This document shows positions 13,016-25,023 of a DNA stretch of 56,202 nt, piece after piece. Under the pieces are notes generated by a model. The model searched no databases, was not told the DNA's origin, and saw only the letters and a program-made list of their open reading frames with translations. Origin of the DNA: Girardia tigrina (Eukaryota); NCBI GenBank assembly GCA_001938485.1, contig MQRK01219542.1, positions 1 to 56,202 on the forward strand. Reading direction: 5' to 3'. The first letter of the stretch is position 1. Each line of letters begins with the position of its first letter. The translations under genes and the position numbers were made by a program.

Positions 13016-14479
13016 TTTTTTGTTAATGTGTTCAAATATATGATTGTAATAACAATGTATTTTTAACTTCTAAGAATGGGTGTTTATATTAAGGTATAAA
13101 GATTTTAATTCCAAAAAAATCTAACGAATTTTAAGGAAAATAGACTATTTCCACTTTTCGTGTTGAATTACATCTTAAGTAAACCCGAAAAATATGTAAC
13201 ACATCCAGTCTACTTTTAAGAATTAATGAAAATATTATTTATTTTATTGTTGTAATATAAAGTTTGTGGAAGATTTGCCAGAAATCTCGAAAGAATTATC
13301 AAATAAAAATATTTTCTTTTGGAATAATTACAAGTTTGTCTTAAAGCGAAATATCAAATTTAATGCTGTCAGCAAGATTATTAAAGTTAGCATTCACAAA
13401 TCACAAATTTACAAATTAAACATTTTTTTATTTTAATTAAATATTTTTTTAAAAAGACCAGAAGGGTATCAATACACTACCAACAGTTTATCATCACCTA
13501 AACAAATAATAGTAATAATAATGTTTAAAAGTAAAAACTTTTTATAATGTACAAAAATTGAAAAAAAAATAAAATTATAAATATTTAAATTTTACGATTT
13601 AAGTTTAACTATCAAATAAAATAATAAACAAAAATCTCATTTTAACGTAGAAATTATAAATTTTAAGTTCATTTTTTTAATTTTAACAGTAAATAAATAT
13701 TATTTAACTTCTTGCGGAGAAGAATATTATATTACAATAAATCAATTAATTATTCTATAATACCTTTTCTTTTCATATTCTTCATATGCAAGACTGACTG
13801 AAATGCTCAAAGAAAATTAAAACGATAATGTATTCGTTCACAAAAAAGAAAAGTTTCAAGAAACAATTAAATAAAAATATGTTATAAAATGAACGACATA
13901 AAAAATATTTTCTGGGACATTTAATATTAAAATTTAACTTAATATGATGAAAATATTAAAAATCGTTTTCAGATAAAATTTAAGGATACAAATATGGTTA
14001 TTAGTTAGGAGAATCCGGGTTTCTTGTATCTCTGGTCGTATCCATTTGAATTTCTTTTGAAGATATACATTTCGCCAGATCTTGTTGTTATAAAATTTAT
14101 ATTCCAAATTGACTTTATAACGGATTGATTAATGAGAGCGAAATCTTTTCTGATTAAAGCGGCTTCATCATCGTTTTGTAATTCTCATTCTTTGTTGGTC
14201 ACATCTTAAACACATCTTAAACCCATGTAGAACAGATGTCTTCCAGATTTTTGATTCTCTTTCCATTCATTTTAATCGTTTTTATTTTAATTTCAATTTT
14301 AATTGTCAAGATTAATTTCGAAGAAAAAGTGTCGTCAATGGTTACATGACTAAACCGCAATGTACAAAATACAATCGCACAAAATCCCAAAAGGACAAAA
14401 GTCCATACAGACAAAAGCCCAAACAAACCAAATCCCAAATAAACAAAACTAAAGAGGAAAAGTGTGCATAATGACTGTT

Positions 14480-15280
14480 AGGAGCGTTGTTGAGTTCATA
14501 AAAATTTTGAATTTACAATCTGATCAAATTTATAACCGATCAACTCTGATGCTGTGAAAAACGTTCATCAAATGATTTCTGCAGAAATTGCATAAAAATT
14601 TCTCCATTACAGGGACCTTCAACAAGATTATAAGATAAAATGTTTCTCATGGAAATTAATGCAACTAAAGACAAGTTTTTACCGCGGTTACCCGGTACGT
14701 TTTTCACAGCATCATAATTGATCGGTAAATATCCCTAGAGGCTAGATGTATGCAAGTTAAACCCCGTTTCATCAAGAAACAACAGAGTTTTATTTCTCAA
14801 TGAATAGATCTCTCTTGCATTCACACGCCTTCTCATTTCATTTTCAACTGAATTTGCATTAAAACTCACCTTCTTTAGTCTTTTTAGCGAGATATTCAAC
14901 TTCCTTAAGTAAAGAGAAGTTGTGGGCGGTGAAACATAAATATTTTGTTCCTCGACTATTTTTTCATCCCAATTTGCGTAAGAGTGCAATCATCATGCAC
15001 TATTTCTGCTAATTTCGGCAGTGTCTCGTTGTTTTAGAGTGGTTTTCGCCCGGGTTTCTTGATCAAGGTATCCAAAGGAATACCGTTTTCTTCACATTCG
15101 TGAATTTTAAATTTTAATTTTTTAACGGTTGAAGGTGATAAATTCAACTATGTCGCAATATCACGAGACAAATCCCTACTGTTTAACATTCTCACGAAGG
15201 TGTTCAGCATGTCGATTGTAATTCTAACTCGTGGTTTTCTGGTTCGGATTGCAGTATCATTTGGCTGTTCTTCGTTCATT
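14480..15280 (-). pseudogene. Tc1/IS630-like DDE transposase remnant
   Basis: HTH-like start (LNLSPSTVKK), then ISLKRLKKV...LLFLDETGFNLHTS; stops and frameshifts. Confidence 0.75.
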
Positions 15281-15912
15281 TAGGATTAATATAATTCAAA
15301 TATATATATGGTATTAAATATATATTGTATTAATATATATTGTATTTTTTTAAAAGTATATAATTCAAAAGGCATTTATTTGTTTTTTAAAGAGATTTAT
15401 ATTTATTAATAAAGGATATATATTTCTTAATAAACCTGTAATAATTAAACAATTACATTTCGTAAAATAGTGTTGTAGATATTCTAAAATCAGATTTTCC
15501 GAATTTAATGTAAAAATTAATTTATGCAAAAAATAAAATAAATTTCACGGTAGGTTTATTAAAAGATTTATTCAAAGATTTATTATAAGGTAATAAAGTT
15601 AATTTTAATTTTGATGGAAATATTTAATTGAAATAAAATAAAAAGGAAAATAAAGTTAAATATTTTATTTTCGAAATGAAAATAAACTAAAGTATTTTTT
15701 GTAACTTTTATTTTACACAATTAAATCGAAATAAATTAAAATGCGATTTTAAGTCTCTGTTCATAGAGAATTTATATCTATTTTTTATTTATAATGGTTT
15801 GTGTAAAAAGAAAGTGTGAAAGTTTCTCAAAAATATTTGTTTAAAAAAATTTAAATTGTTATTGAAATAAAGTTTTGCGTTAATGACATCTTCTTTTGTT
15901 CAAGAACCCAAT

Positions 15913-18900
15913 AATGACAATCGTTCGTTTATTATGTAACAAGAAAATAACCTTTTTTGATCCCCCCCCCTCCACTCGTAACAATCCGTAACAAAACGTA
16001 TGACCCCCTTCTCCTCCATTGCGTAACGTAAAAAATATTTTTTCAAAGTTATATATAATTCATTTTAATGATAATTTTTAGAAGAATTGAAGGTAAGAAA
16101 CGATTACGTTTTCGCAATTTTTACGTCCTGTATTGTAACTGGAATTAATTTTAATATCTTAAAAAATCGAGCAGAAAATTAAGCAAAGTTTGGTGAATAA
16201 CGCATTTTTTTGATTCATCGTTCTTTAGAAAAATGTAAAATACTCACCGTTATCTATCCAGATTTTGAACTTGGCAAAAATTGAGGTATTTGAAGCAATA
16301 TCAGACCAATCTTCCTATTTTTTCGATAAGATAGGTTATGATTATATTTTTTTATATTATCTAGTTTTAAAATATTTGAATTTAATAAGTTAATTGTATT
16401 AAATATAGAAGTTTTCTATTGGGAAAATCTTGACTAAAGCTTGAGAGTTTTGCTACATATATTGTTCACAAAAGTTGTAAAAATGTAATAAATTCGGTTA
16501 TTTATTAATATACCCCTGTATAAAAACTATTCGATTTTAAATAATCACAACTCGATCAATTATTTATAAAAATTGATGATTTTTTCACAAACTTACAGTA
16601 AATATTGTTGGTTATATTTTAAAAGTACTAGAAAAAGGACAAACTAAAGAAATATTTTTAAAAATCAAAACACTTTCAAAAATAAATTTTGTACTTTTTG
16701 CAGACATCATTTATTCATTTTCCCAAGGGTTTAAACACTGATTTAAGTCAAAAACTGGTATGGAATCCTCGGACGATTTATCAAAATTTATTGTTGAATC
16801 CACTATCACATCATCCATATCTACCCATTCGCATGTCTACAATCCTGGTGATTCTTCCGTAATGACCATAAATTCTCTCTCACACTGACATAGCACTCGT
16901 TTTATCTAGTCTTTACAGCAGGAGAAATCACTTCTTGGGAGTGAATATTTTTATGATTGCTTAATAAAGTAAGGAATGCAAATATATTTTGTGCTTCTTA
17001 CATGTTCTTGATTGAACTTTGTCATTGACACTAGGATAATATTGGTCAAATGGTGATTCTTGTGATCCAAAATTAAGGCTTTGAAATAGTGAAGTATATT
17101 TCAATTTGCTGATATCCATCGATTCAATTTCAATCATTGGAGCATAATGTAGATTAATTGAGGCCGGCAAAATCTTGATTTAATGATTTTATGAAATTTA
17201 CTCCAAATGGTTCCACAGCAATTCATGTCTAAACAATATTTACAATTTATGTCATGTATTGAGTTGATCGAACGTGTTTGGCAATCCAAGATTCTGATTT
17301 GTGAATTAAATTAGTTGATTCCAACTCGGAGCTATCGCGATCAATAAATTCAGTAACGGTTTCGTAAGAATCAATGATGACATTTGAGAAAACTTCGCAT
17401 AATACTTCTCCAGCAAATTTAAAATTCTTGTATTCTAAATCATTATTTATAGTTTTTCCATTTGAGTCAAGATGGGTACCATAATTATCATGTGGAATAA
17501 TGAGTCCTGACAGTTGTTTTGAAAGAGGAGCCATTCGACGTTCTACTGGATTGAATGCACTGCGCTGGGGAGCATTAGTAGATTTGAAGATCGCATCAAG
17601 ACTACGTTCGATGAAATGATGTATAGCTGTTTCAATTACTTTTTGATAACGCGGATTTTCATCTGGACCACTATCAACTAAAATTATCATTACACGTTTT
17701 GGTAAATTATTTTCACCAAAAAGAAATCGTTTGAACTGATCAACGTCATATAAACGTTCAAAATTTTTAGCATGCGAATATGCGGTCGAATGAAAATGCT
17801 TTCCTGATCTTACAGCGATATATGTAGGATCAGAATATTGAACTGCATTTGGATCAACAAAGCCGTTGTTATCAATCGTTAATGCAGCATAAATTGAATG
17901 TATCAACTTGTGTTGCTGAGCAATAACCCAATCATGATCAGAAAGTTAGACTCGATATTCCATGTTCATCAACAACGGCGCTTGACAATTAGTTGCAGGT
18001 AAACCAAAAGGTACTTTTGCCTTATCGTCTTGACTAATGATCGATACTTCCTCAGGACCTAAAAATGATGCAAGCTCACGGAGATTATTGAAAGTAGCTG
18101 TGCAAAAAAACAGAACCCTGGTGACTTTTATGATTATCTCGCAAGTCCCTGATTAGGCGAACTGGAACTATTTTAACATGTTTTTTCCATCAATAGAACG
18201 AGAGTTTCTTGGTTGAAGATGATAATACACCGTTGATCTACCAATTTCAAAACCTTCTTGTCTCATGGAATCTTTAAGCTCACTTAAAGTCTTGATAGTT
18301 CTTAAAATTTCACATCGATGTTTTTCATCAGCAGCTGCACTTAAAGTAGCTATTTTTATGATTGTGGTGAGCAGTTCAGGCTGTTTATCCGTAATATCAG
18401 GTCTTCCCTTTCTAGACCGAATCAGCATTTTTGAAGCAGTTTCTGGGTGCTCTGTTAAAATTTCATCATTCAAGCGTTTTATCTGAGCTCGACATTCCTT
18501 TTGTCGTTTCTGTTTATCCTGAGCATTTTTAGTTCCTTTTCGAATTCCTTTAGTTTCAGTTTGAGAGATTTAAACTTGACTTGATCATCAAAAGTTAATA
18601 AATCAGCATTATCTTGTAGTGAATATCCAGAAATGTCGGCTCTTACAATTGAAATCTGTTGACTGATGGTGTTTTGTTTGGGACATTCTAGAAAATTAGT
18701 AATTGGAATAGTAGATGTAGACTCAGCAGTATAAATATATTTCTATCGAGAATTGCTTGTTGAAGGCACACTGGTTTCTTTACTAGCACTGGATGTAAAG
18801 AACGACATCAATGAACCTTTTCCTTTCGTCTTGGAAAGTTCGTTCATTTTCGATTCATAGAGGACATGAAAATCATTTCTTGCTTTGATTGAATTGCAGT

Positions 18901-18997
18901 ATTCGTTGCATTTTTGCTGATTTTGTTGCTTGGAAATAGTAGGATAAGTTCGCTTATATTCCTCGTGGAGTTTTTCATACAATGATTTCTTGTCCAT
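15913..18997 (-). mobile_element. Probable Zator-superfamily DNA transposon; pseudogenised transposase at 16711-18997
   Basis: Collinear minus-strand ORF fragments with SQDDKAKVP, DHDW, LVDSGPDENPR and SAFNPVERRMAPLS. Degenerate terminus ATCGTTCGTTTATTATGTAAC with CGTAAC subterminal repeats at 15913-16030; opposite TIR not found. Confidence 0.7.
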
Positions 18998-20002
18998 AAT
19001 TCTTCAAATGAAAAAATTAAATTGTTATTTTATTTTGAGAATTGTTAAAAGTCCCATACCTGATTTTTGTACAATTTTAAAAAATGAAGTGAAAAGTTTT
19101 TGAAATCATTTAAAAATTAAAATATTTAAACACATTGTTTTTTAACAAAATTAATTAATAAATTAAATTAAATGTTTTTTTCGAAAATAACCGTTGTAAA
19201 TTTCATCATATTTTCAAGACACGAATTTAAGGTTTTACTTACCCACAATTGTTCGACACGATCATGAATTACTGTTTCTGAAGGTTTTTGGCGATAAGAA
19301 TCCTACATCCCTATAAATGAATTGCAGACGACTTGAATTTGCTTTTGATTTGGGAATTGGCTTTTTATATTACCGACTAATGATTTAGGTTGTTTGAGAT
19401 TGTTGTGGGGCAACAAGAAACACAACACTGATATTGATGATATATTGTTTATCCTAATTTCTATTTTTATTTACTACTTATTTATTATTTAAGTTTATAC
19501 TATTATATCATTTTAATATCTAATAGATCTTCCTACATATTAAAAAATTAAACTTTAAATTTGAGTTCGAAAAGAACTTCGAGTCTTCGAAATTTTTCAT
19601 TCCGATCTACTCATATTTTTAAATATCGTTTCTTTAAAAGGCGTCTTTAAAGAAATAAACTGGTTTTAAATGATTGTTTTGCATTTTTGGTTCACTAAAG
19701 TTGATTTAAGTCACTTCTCAATTTTGTTTATTTGTAAAAACATTCTGTTGTACTACTAAATATCCTGATTTAGTTTTAACATAACATATTCTGAAAAAGT
19801 GCATTTTATTGAAAGATATTCTTTTTTTAAGACAGAATGAAATGTAGAGCAATAATGCAAAATAAATTATTTTATTATGTAACAACCTTTCGCAACCCCC
19901 TTGGAAATACTTTAAAATTACTTTTGTTGGGGTCAAGTATTAACGTTCGGGCCCATAAGAACGCGCCCCGAAATTCCAGCTCACAATCTCCAATTTTGGT
20001 GC

Positions 20003-20494
20003 TTAAGAGAACCGATTTCTTTCGCAATTATTTGAATCACTTGAGGAACCACCGATGAAATAATCTGGTTGAAACAATTTCCCAAGATTCAAATTCAGTA
20101 TGTAATCGAGAGTAGTACTGTTCAATTCAACCATGATGCTGATCGGCACACACTTTCCATGAATTCCAGAAGCAAAGTAAACGTAAATTCTACGTAATTG
20201 CAAATCACTGTCACTTTCGTAAACACCAGTGGTCGATTTGACAATGTGTTCGATGATGGTTATTTTACAAAACGTCATTCCAATACTGTTTCTACAACTT
20301 TGAAATATTCTCATTAATTCATACCATTGATCATGAATGTCTTCACAATTTTTAATAGGTTCTGAATTTTCGTCAGTTTCTTTGATATGTAATCTCCGAT
20401 CGGGAATTCTTACATGATTATTTTCAAATGTCTTCATAAAATAATCCGCATTAAAAATATAGTCAAATGGAAAATTCATCTCTTCTCTAAACAT
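20003..20494 (-). CDS. Hypothetical 163-aa protein
   Basis: ATG-to-stop uninterrupted ORF with globular-looking composition in very AT-rich DNA; no motif recognised. Confidence 0.55.
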   Translation of the reverse strand: MFREEMNFPFDYIFNADYFMKTFENNHVRIPDRRLHIKETDENSEPIKNCEDIHDQWYELMRIFQSCRNSIGMTFCKITIIEHIVKSTTGVYESDSDLQLRRIYVYFASGIHGKCVPISIMVELNSTTLDYILNLNLGKLFQPDYFIGGSSSDSNNCERNRFS

Positions 20495-20609
20495 AATTTA
20501 TGTTGAATTGAATATATTTATTACTATAATTAAAAATCGATATTTCTATATCTTTTATTTTTTATCAAAATGTAATTATAATTAATACATTATAACAAAA
20601 CATTATTAA

Positions 20610-21043
20610 TCAGATTTTTTTTTCGACCATGGGTCGATGTACCGACATTGGGACTGAGTGTCTTCTGTAGTCCTCAAATTCCTCATTGAGTCTAGATAAT
20701 TGGACCTCCTTTTAATCATTTAATTGTTTCAATATCTGGATTTCTTGAAGGAGCCGTTGATTTTCTTTTGACAGGGCTAGAATCTGTGACTCGTTTTTGC
20801 TCACCATAATTTGTATTCCTAAAAGAGAAGAATGACAATGACGATGAACATTTCNNNNNNNNNNNNNNNNNNNNNNNNNNNNNNNNNNNNNNNNNNNNNN
20901 NNNNNNNNNNNNNNNNNNNNNNNNNNTGGTGATATTATAAAATGTTTTGGGGAGTATTACCTCCTCTTCAGCTGCCAGATCGTCAATAGTCGCGGCAGGC
21001 ACTAAAAGCACCTGCCGTTACCTGTCGACAGATCGGCGGCCAT
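20610..21043 (-). pseudogene. Spliced coiled-coil gene remnant
   Basis: Donor GAG|GTAATA at 20960; polypyrimidine acceptor TTCTTCTCTTTTAG ending at 20819. The last exon reads SQILALSKENQRLLQEIQILKQLND*KEVQLSRLNEEFEDYRR with one in-frame stop; an N gap lies inside. Confidence 0.4.
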
Positions 21044-21799
21044 CAAAACCTCAACTCTCCGTCCTCCACAAAACAAAAAAATTTTACCAAAAACGGAGTC
21101 CAAAAATGAGTAATTTGTTTATTTTTTTTCTAACAATTACAAAAATCGAGCGCATTTATATACAAAAATCAAAACTCATCAAACCAAAAACAAGACATTC
21201 TCATGAAAGAGAATACTTTGCATGTCCAAAATGTTACTGCAAGTATAACCTTACAGAAATTTAATAGGNACCCTTGTCAAATCAAAGTCTTTAGGTGTCC
21301 CAGAAAAAAGATAATTAATAANTGCAATTAATTAAACAAGGAATGCGTGGGCGTCTATTAATTAATTTCTTCCATTAATTAGGTCATTACAATTAATCAA
21401 TTAATTAAATAATTAAAATTGACGCCCAAGCAAATCCTGGGATCCCAACAAAATCAATCTGTGCGAGACAAACCAAACTCGAAAAATTGTTAGCAAATAC
21501 TCGTCAAATAACATTGAAGAAAAATTGTTCATGAAAAAATTTTTTTTAATTCCGTTTTTTTATGCCAAACAAAAATCCTATTTAACTCAAAAAATGTTTA
21601 AAATAATAAAATTCAAATTGCATCATAAACGTCATCATTTAACAATTGCAATGAAAAAAATGTTAATCAGTTTAAACAATCGATTGGGTTACGCTTTCTC
21701 ACACTACCCAATAAAAAACGGCATATATACATTCATACACGGCACATCAACTGGCCAAAATAAAATCCGCCAATCCAATAATAATAATTATTTAATTTG

Positions 21800-22680
21800 A
21801 ATCCCGAACGACAATTCTTCATAATCTTTACCACCGCAAGGAAGTTTCTAAGTTTTGTTAGGAGTGAAAGGCGAATCGAAAACAGAGAGAGCAAAAACAC
21901 AGGAATATTTGAAGACATAGGCATATGAATAGCCTCAAGTTTGACTTAATGGACTCATAGTTGATGTTTTGAAAATATTTAGTGATTTACAAATGTAGCT
22001 ACAGCGTGACGACTTGATTCTACCAGAGATAACAAGCAATAGAGATTCGACACTTCGTAAATTAGACCTTTCATCCACGGCCCCCTATCCCGGTGGAGAG
22101 GAAGAGAAACTACAGCCCCATGAAACAGAGACTCATTTTAAGAGCTATTAATACGAATATGCCAACTACAAGAAATCAGAGTGGGGTGCGAATCGAAATA
22201 GTATAATCAACAAAGAATTATCTTGGAGAGCGGTTTGATATGGAGCAAGAATATAGTTCAAGACATTAACTCTTTTGCAAACAGGAGAACTCGAAGCATT
22301 TATTAAGGCAGCAGTCAAAATAAAAGGACGTTTGTTTTCTCAAGAAATACTGCGCTTTGCAGATGACTGTGTTGAGCAATGGCCAATAAATGCTTTACCC
22401 TAATTGATGTTGAAAACTTTCTAAAGTAATATCGTCTTCGGTAACACTCACTCCTCACAGCATGCTTTCTGAGAGGATTGTTTTTTTTATATAACTTGAA
22501 TGTTTCAACCCATCGCATAAGCACCTCAGCTGAGACAGAGAACTCTTGCATGATGATCGCAATGAATACAAAGGGGACACGTCAGTTTGATCTTCGAAGT
22601 GCTGTGGCACAATTCTTCTCGGATATTTATTCAGAAAGAGACTTCGTTGCCAATTATGTTTTAAAAATTAACGTGTCGAA
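21800..22680 (+). pseudogene. hAT-like transposase C-terminal remnant
   Basis: Fragments VLKIFSDLQM*LQRDDLILPEI...PYPGGEEE and PHSMLSERIV...SAETENSCMMIAMNTKGTRQFDLRSAVAQF resemble the hAT dimerisation region. Confidence 0.6.
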
Positions 22681-23447
22681 GTGTTGTACAATAAAACTCG
22701 TGTTGGACTGTTCGTAAAATGTTATGGGTCGGGTGACTTGTGCATTTTCTTCTTTTAAATCTGAGAACAAGTGATAAAAAAACTGTTTGGAATTGGAAAT
22801 ACCCTTATAAAAAAAACAAGGAAAAATAACTATTTTTATCCGAGTTAAAAAAGTTACCGTATTTCAGTATACGACCATTCCAGATTACTTGTGCTCCCCC
22901 AGTGAAAATTTCTTTAAAAAGGTCCTGTCAGGAATCTTAAAGGATGGTCATGTCAAAGATAAAAGAAGTTTTTAATGCAAATCGTCAAAACGGGATTCCA
23001 CATAGCTTTTCTGTTATGCTGTAAAATGTTCTTCAAAAAAATTCCTTTAAAATACTTTTTTGATTTAAAATGCTGATTTTACAAACTTTTGACTAAATTT
23101 TAATTCAATAAATCAATTTATCAATTTGAAAGACGATTCTGACAAGGTTGCAACTGGAAGTGTCTATGGAGAAGCTAAATCAGAAATTATGTTGTATTCT
23201 TAATGATAAAACTGTTCTTGACGTCAACCAACGGAAAGATATTGAAAATAATGAAATAAAAAGTAAATAAGAATTTATTGAAGGGGAAATGGTTACGAAC
23301 ATGAATCTGATATTTATTACAGTGAAAATTTAATAATTTCTTTTGAATATTATCACATTTGGTATTTTGTTGTGCAAGCACTCTTTGTAGTATGCTTTAC
23401 AAAACTTTATTGTTCAATACTGACAATAAATAATATAGTTTTAAATA

Positions 23448-24695
23448 CAGTGTGAGCCAAAAGTCCTTTAAACATTTGAAACTTGCCTAAATAGTAAAAA
23501 AATAACAATATCAACAAAAAACCTTTATTTTTCCATAAACAAATTTATTAAAATAAAAATTTTTGACAGAGGAACCATCCAAATCAATGCATCTTTGTAA
23601 AGGAGCACTAAATGAATTAACTGCATTTTTCAACATCTTAGTATCAATTAAGGGGAATTATTCTTGAATGGCATCTTTCAGCTGCTGCAATGAATTTTAA
23701 CTCTCTGTATAAACTAGATCTTTCAAATAGCCCCATAGAAAGAAATCCATAGGGCTACTATTTGGAGACCGTGCAGGTCAAACGATTAGACAACATCTTC
23801 CAATCCAATGCTGTGGAAAATTTCTATTCAAAAATGTTCTCGCGTCTCTTGAGTAGTCCGTTGGGGCTTCATCTAGCTGAAATATTTTTCTTAAATAAAA
23901 TCGCTGCATGTTTAATTCTGGAATAAAACATTTTACATTATCTTTTTAGTAAGTACCATTAATTGTGCTACTATGGAAAAAGGAAGAACCATAAAATTTT
24001 CTACTTGAAATACCAACGCAAATATTTACATTTGGACTGTAGTACACTTATGTAAAGTTTTCTTTTACAGTACTTGTTTCTCACATATGAGTGTTGTGAC
24101 GATTAACACAACCATGTAAATTAAATTAGAAAAGACCACATTATCCAAAAAAATTGAAATCTTCATTGATATTCCCAAGTAAATCCTAGCTCATATAAAC
24201 TCTTGATGCTCTGTATTCATCAGATAACTTATTTAGGATTTGATATTTGTATGGATAGTAAAGTTATGTTTTTCTTAAAGTTTTTCTGTAGGAACATTTC
24301 AATTCCTATACTTGTATTCAAGCCACCGTATCCACTCCAATACGATTTTGTCTTTCATTTCCTTAATTTGGGTGATCGGATTTGTGATAATCAGAAACTG
24401 AGTCAGTTTCTGTGAAGCAAATAAATGTGTAAATTACTGTTTGATACGAAGGAATGTTTTTCCAACCAGATTTTTTCGATTGCCGCTAGACAGTGGTGTA
24501 TGATTCATACTTTAAATACAAAAAACGATTTATACTCTTTCTTTTAAACTGAATATTTCAAAATGGCGCCCAAAAAATATAAACAAAATATATTTCTAAC
24601 TTAAAAAAATTGTTTATTGAAATATAAAACATTTTTTGTTGATATTGTTATTTTTTCACTATTTAGATAAGTTTTAAATTTTAGGACTTTTTTGG
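23448..24695 (-). mobile_element. rosa/DD41D-like Tc1/mariner transposon, decayed, with long TIRs
   Basis: TA followed by CAGTGTGAGCCAAAAGTCC...; ~65 bp of imperfect inverted match at 24630-24695; QLDEAP...HWIGR...PARSPNSSPMDFFLWGYLK. Confidence 0.85.
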
Positions 24696-25023
24696 TATTT
24701 TAAGTCCGAATAAAGGTCGATGATCAATTATGGGTAGTTTGAGAGGGTCACAAATACAAAAAACAAATACAAGCCCATGGATCCTTTTACAGAAATCTCC
24801 GGTTAATATTTTCAGACAAAGTAAAATTTTCATACAAACTAAAATTATTGTCAATAAAAACAATTGATTATATTTAAGTAATATAACACTTCAAAATAAT
24901 GGAATAATTTGTTGTTTGAATCAGTAATATATCTGACTGAATAAAAGGTTATGAATGGTTTATAATACACTTGATATCCAGTTTCTGTTCGGTTTAACAA
25001 ACCTTTAACTTAATCAAGAAAGC

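Larger units (their letters stand above)
19925..21450 (-). mobile_element. LTR-like segment bounded by TGTTGGG...CCCAACA carrying non-transposase ORFs
   Basis: 7-bp terminal inverted repeat (10 bp including flanking T/A); GC-rich hairpins near both ends; no TSD. Confidence 0.45.

Noticed and set aside
19873-19902. TTATTATGTAACAA...CCCCC as the second terminus of the Zator element
   Set aside because: Same orientation as the copy at ~15929, so it cannot be the inverted partner.
19942-19968. Helitron 3' hairpin
   Set aside because: No CTRR terminus at the expected distance on either strand.
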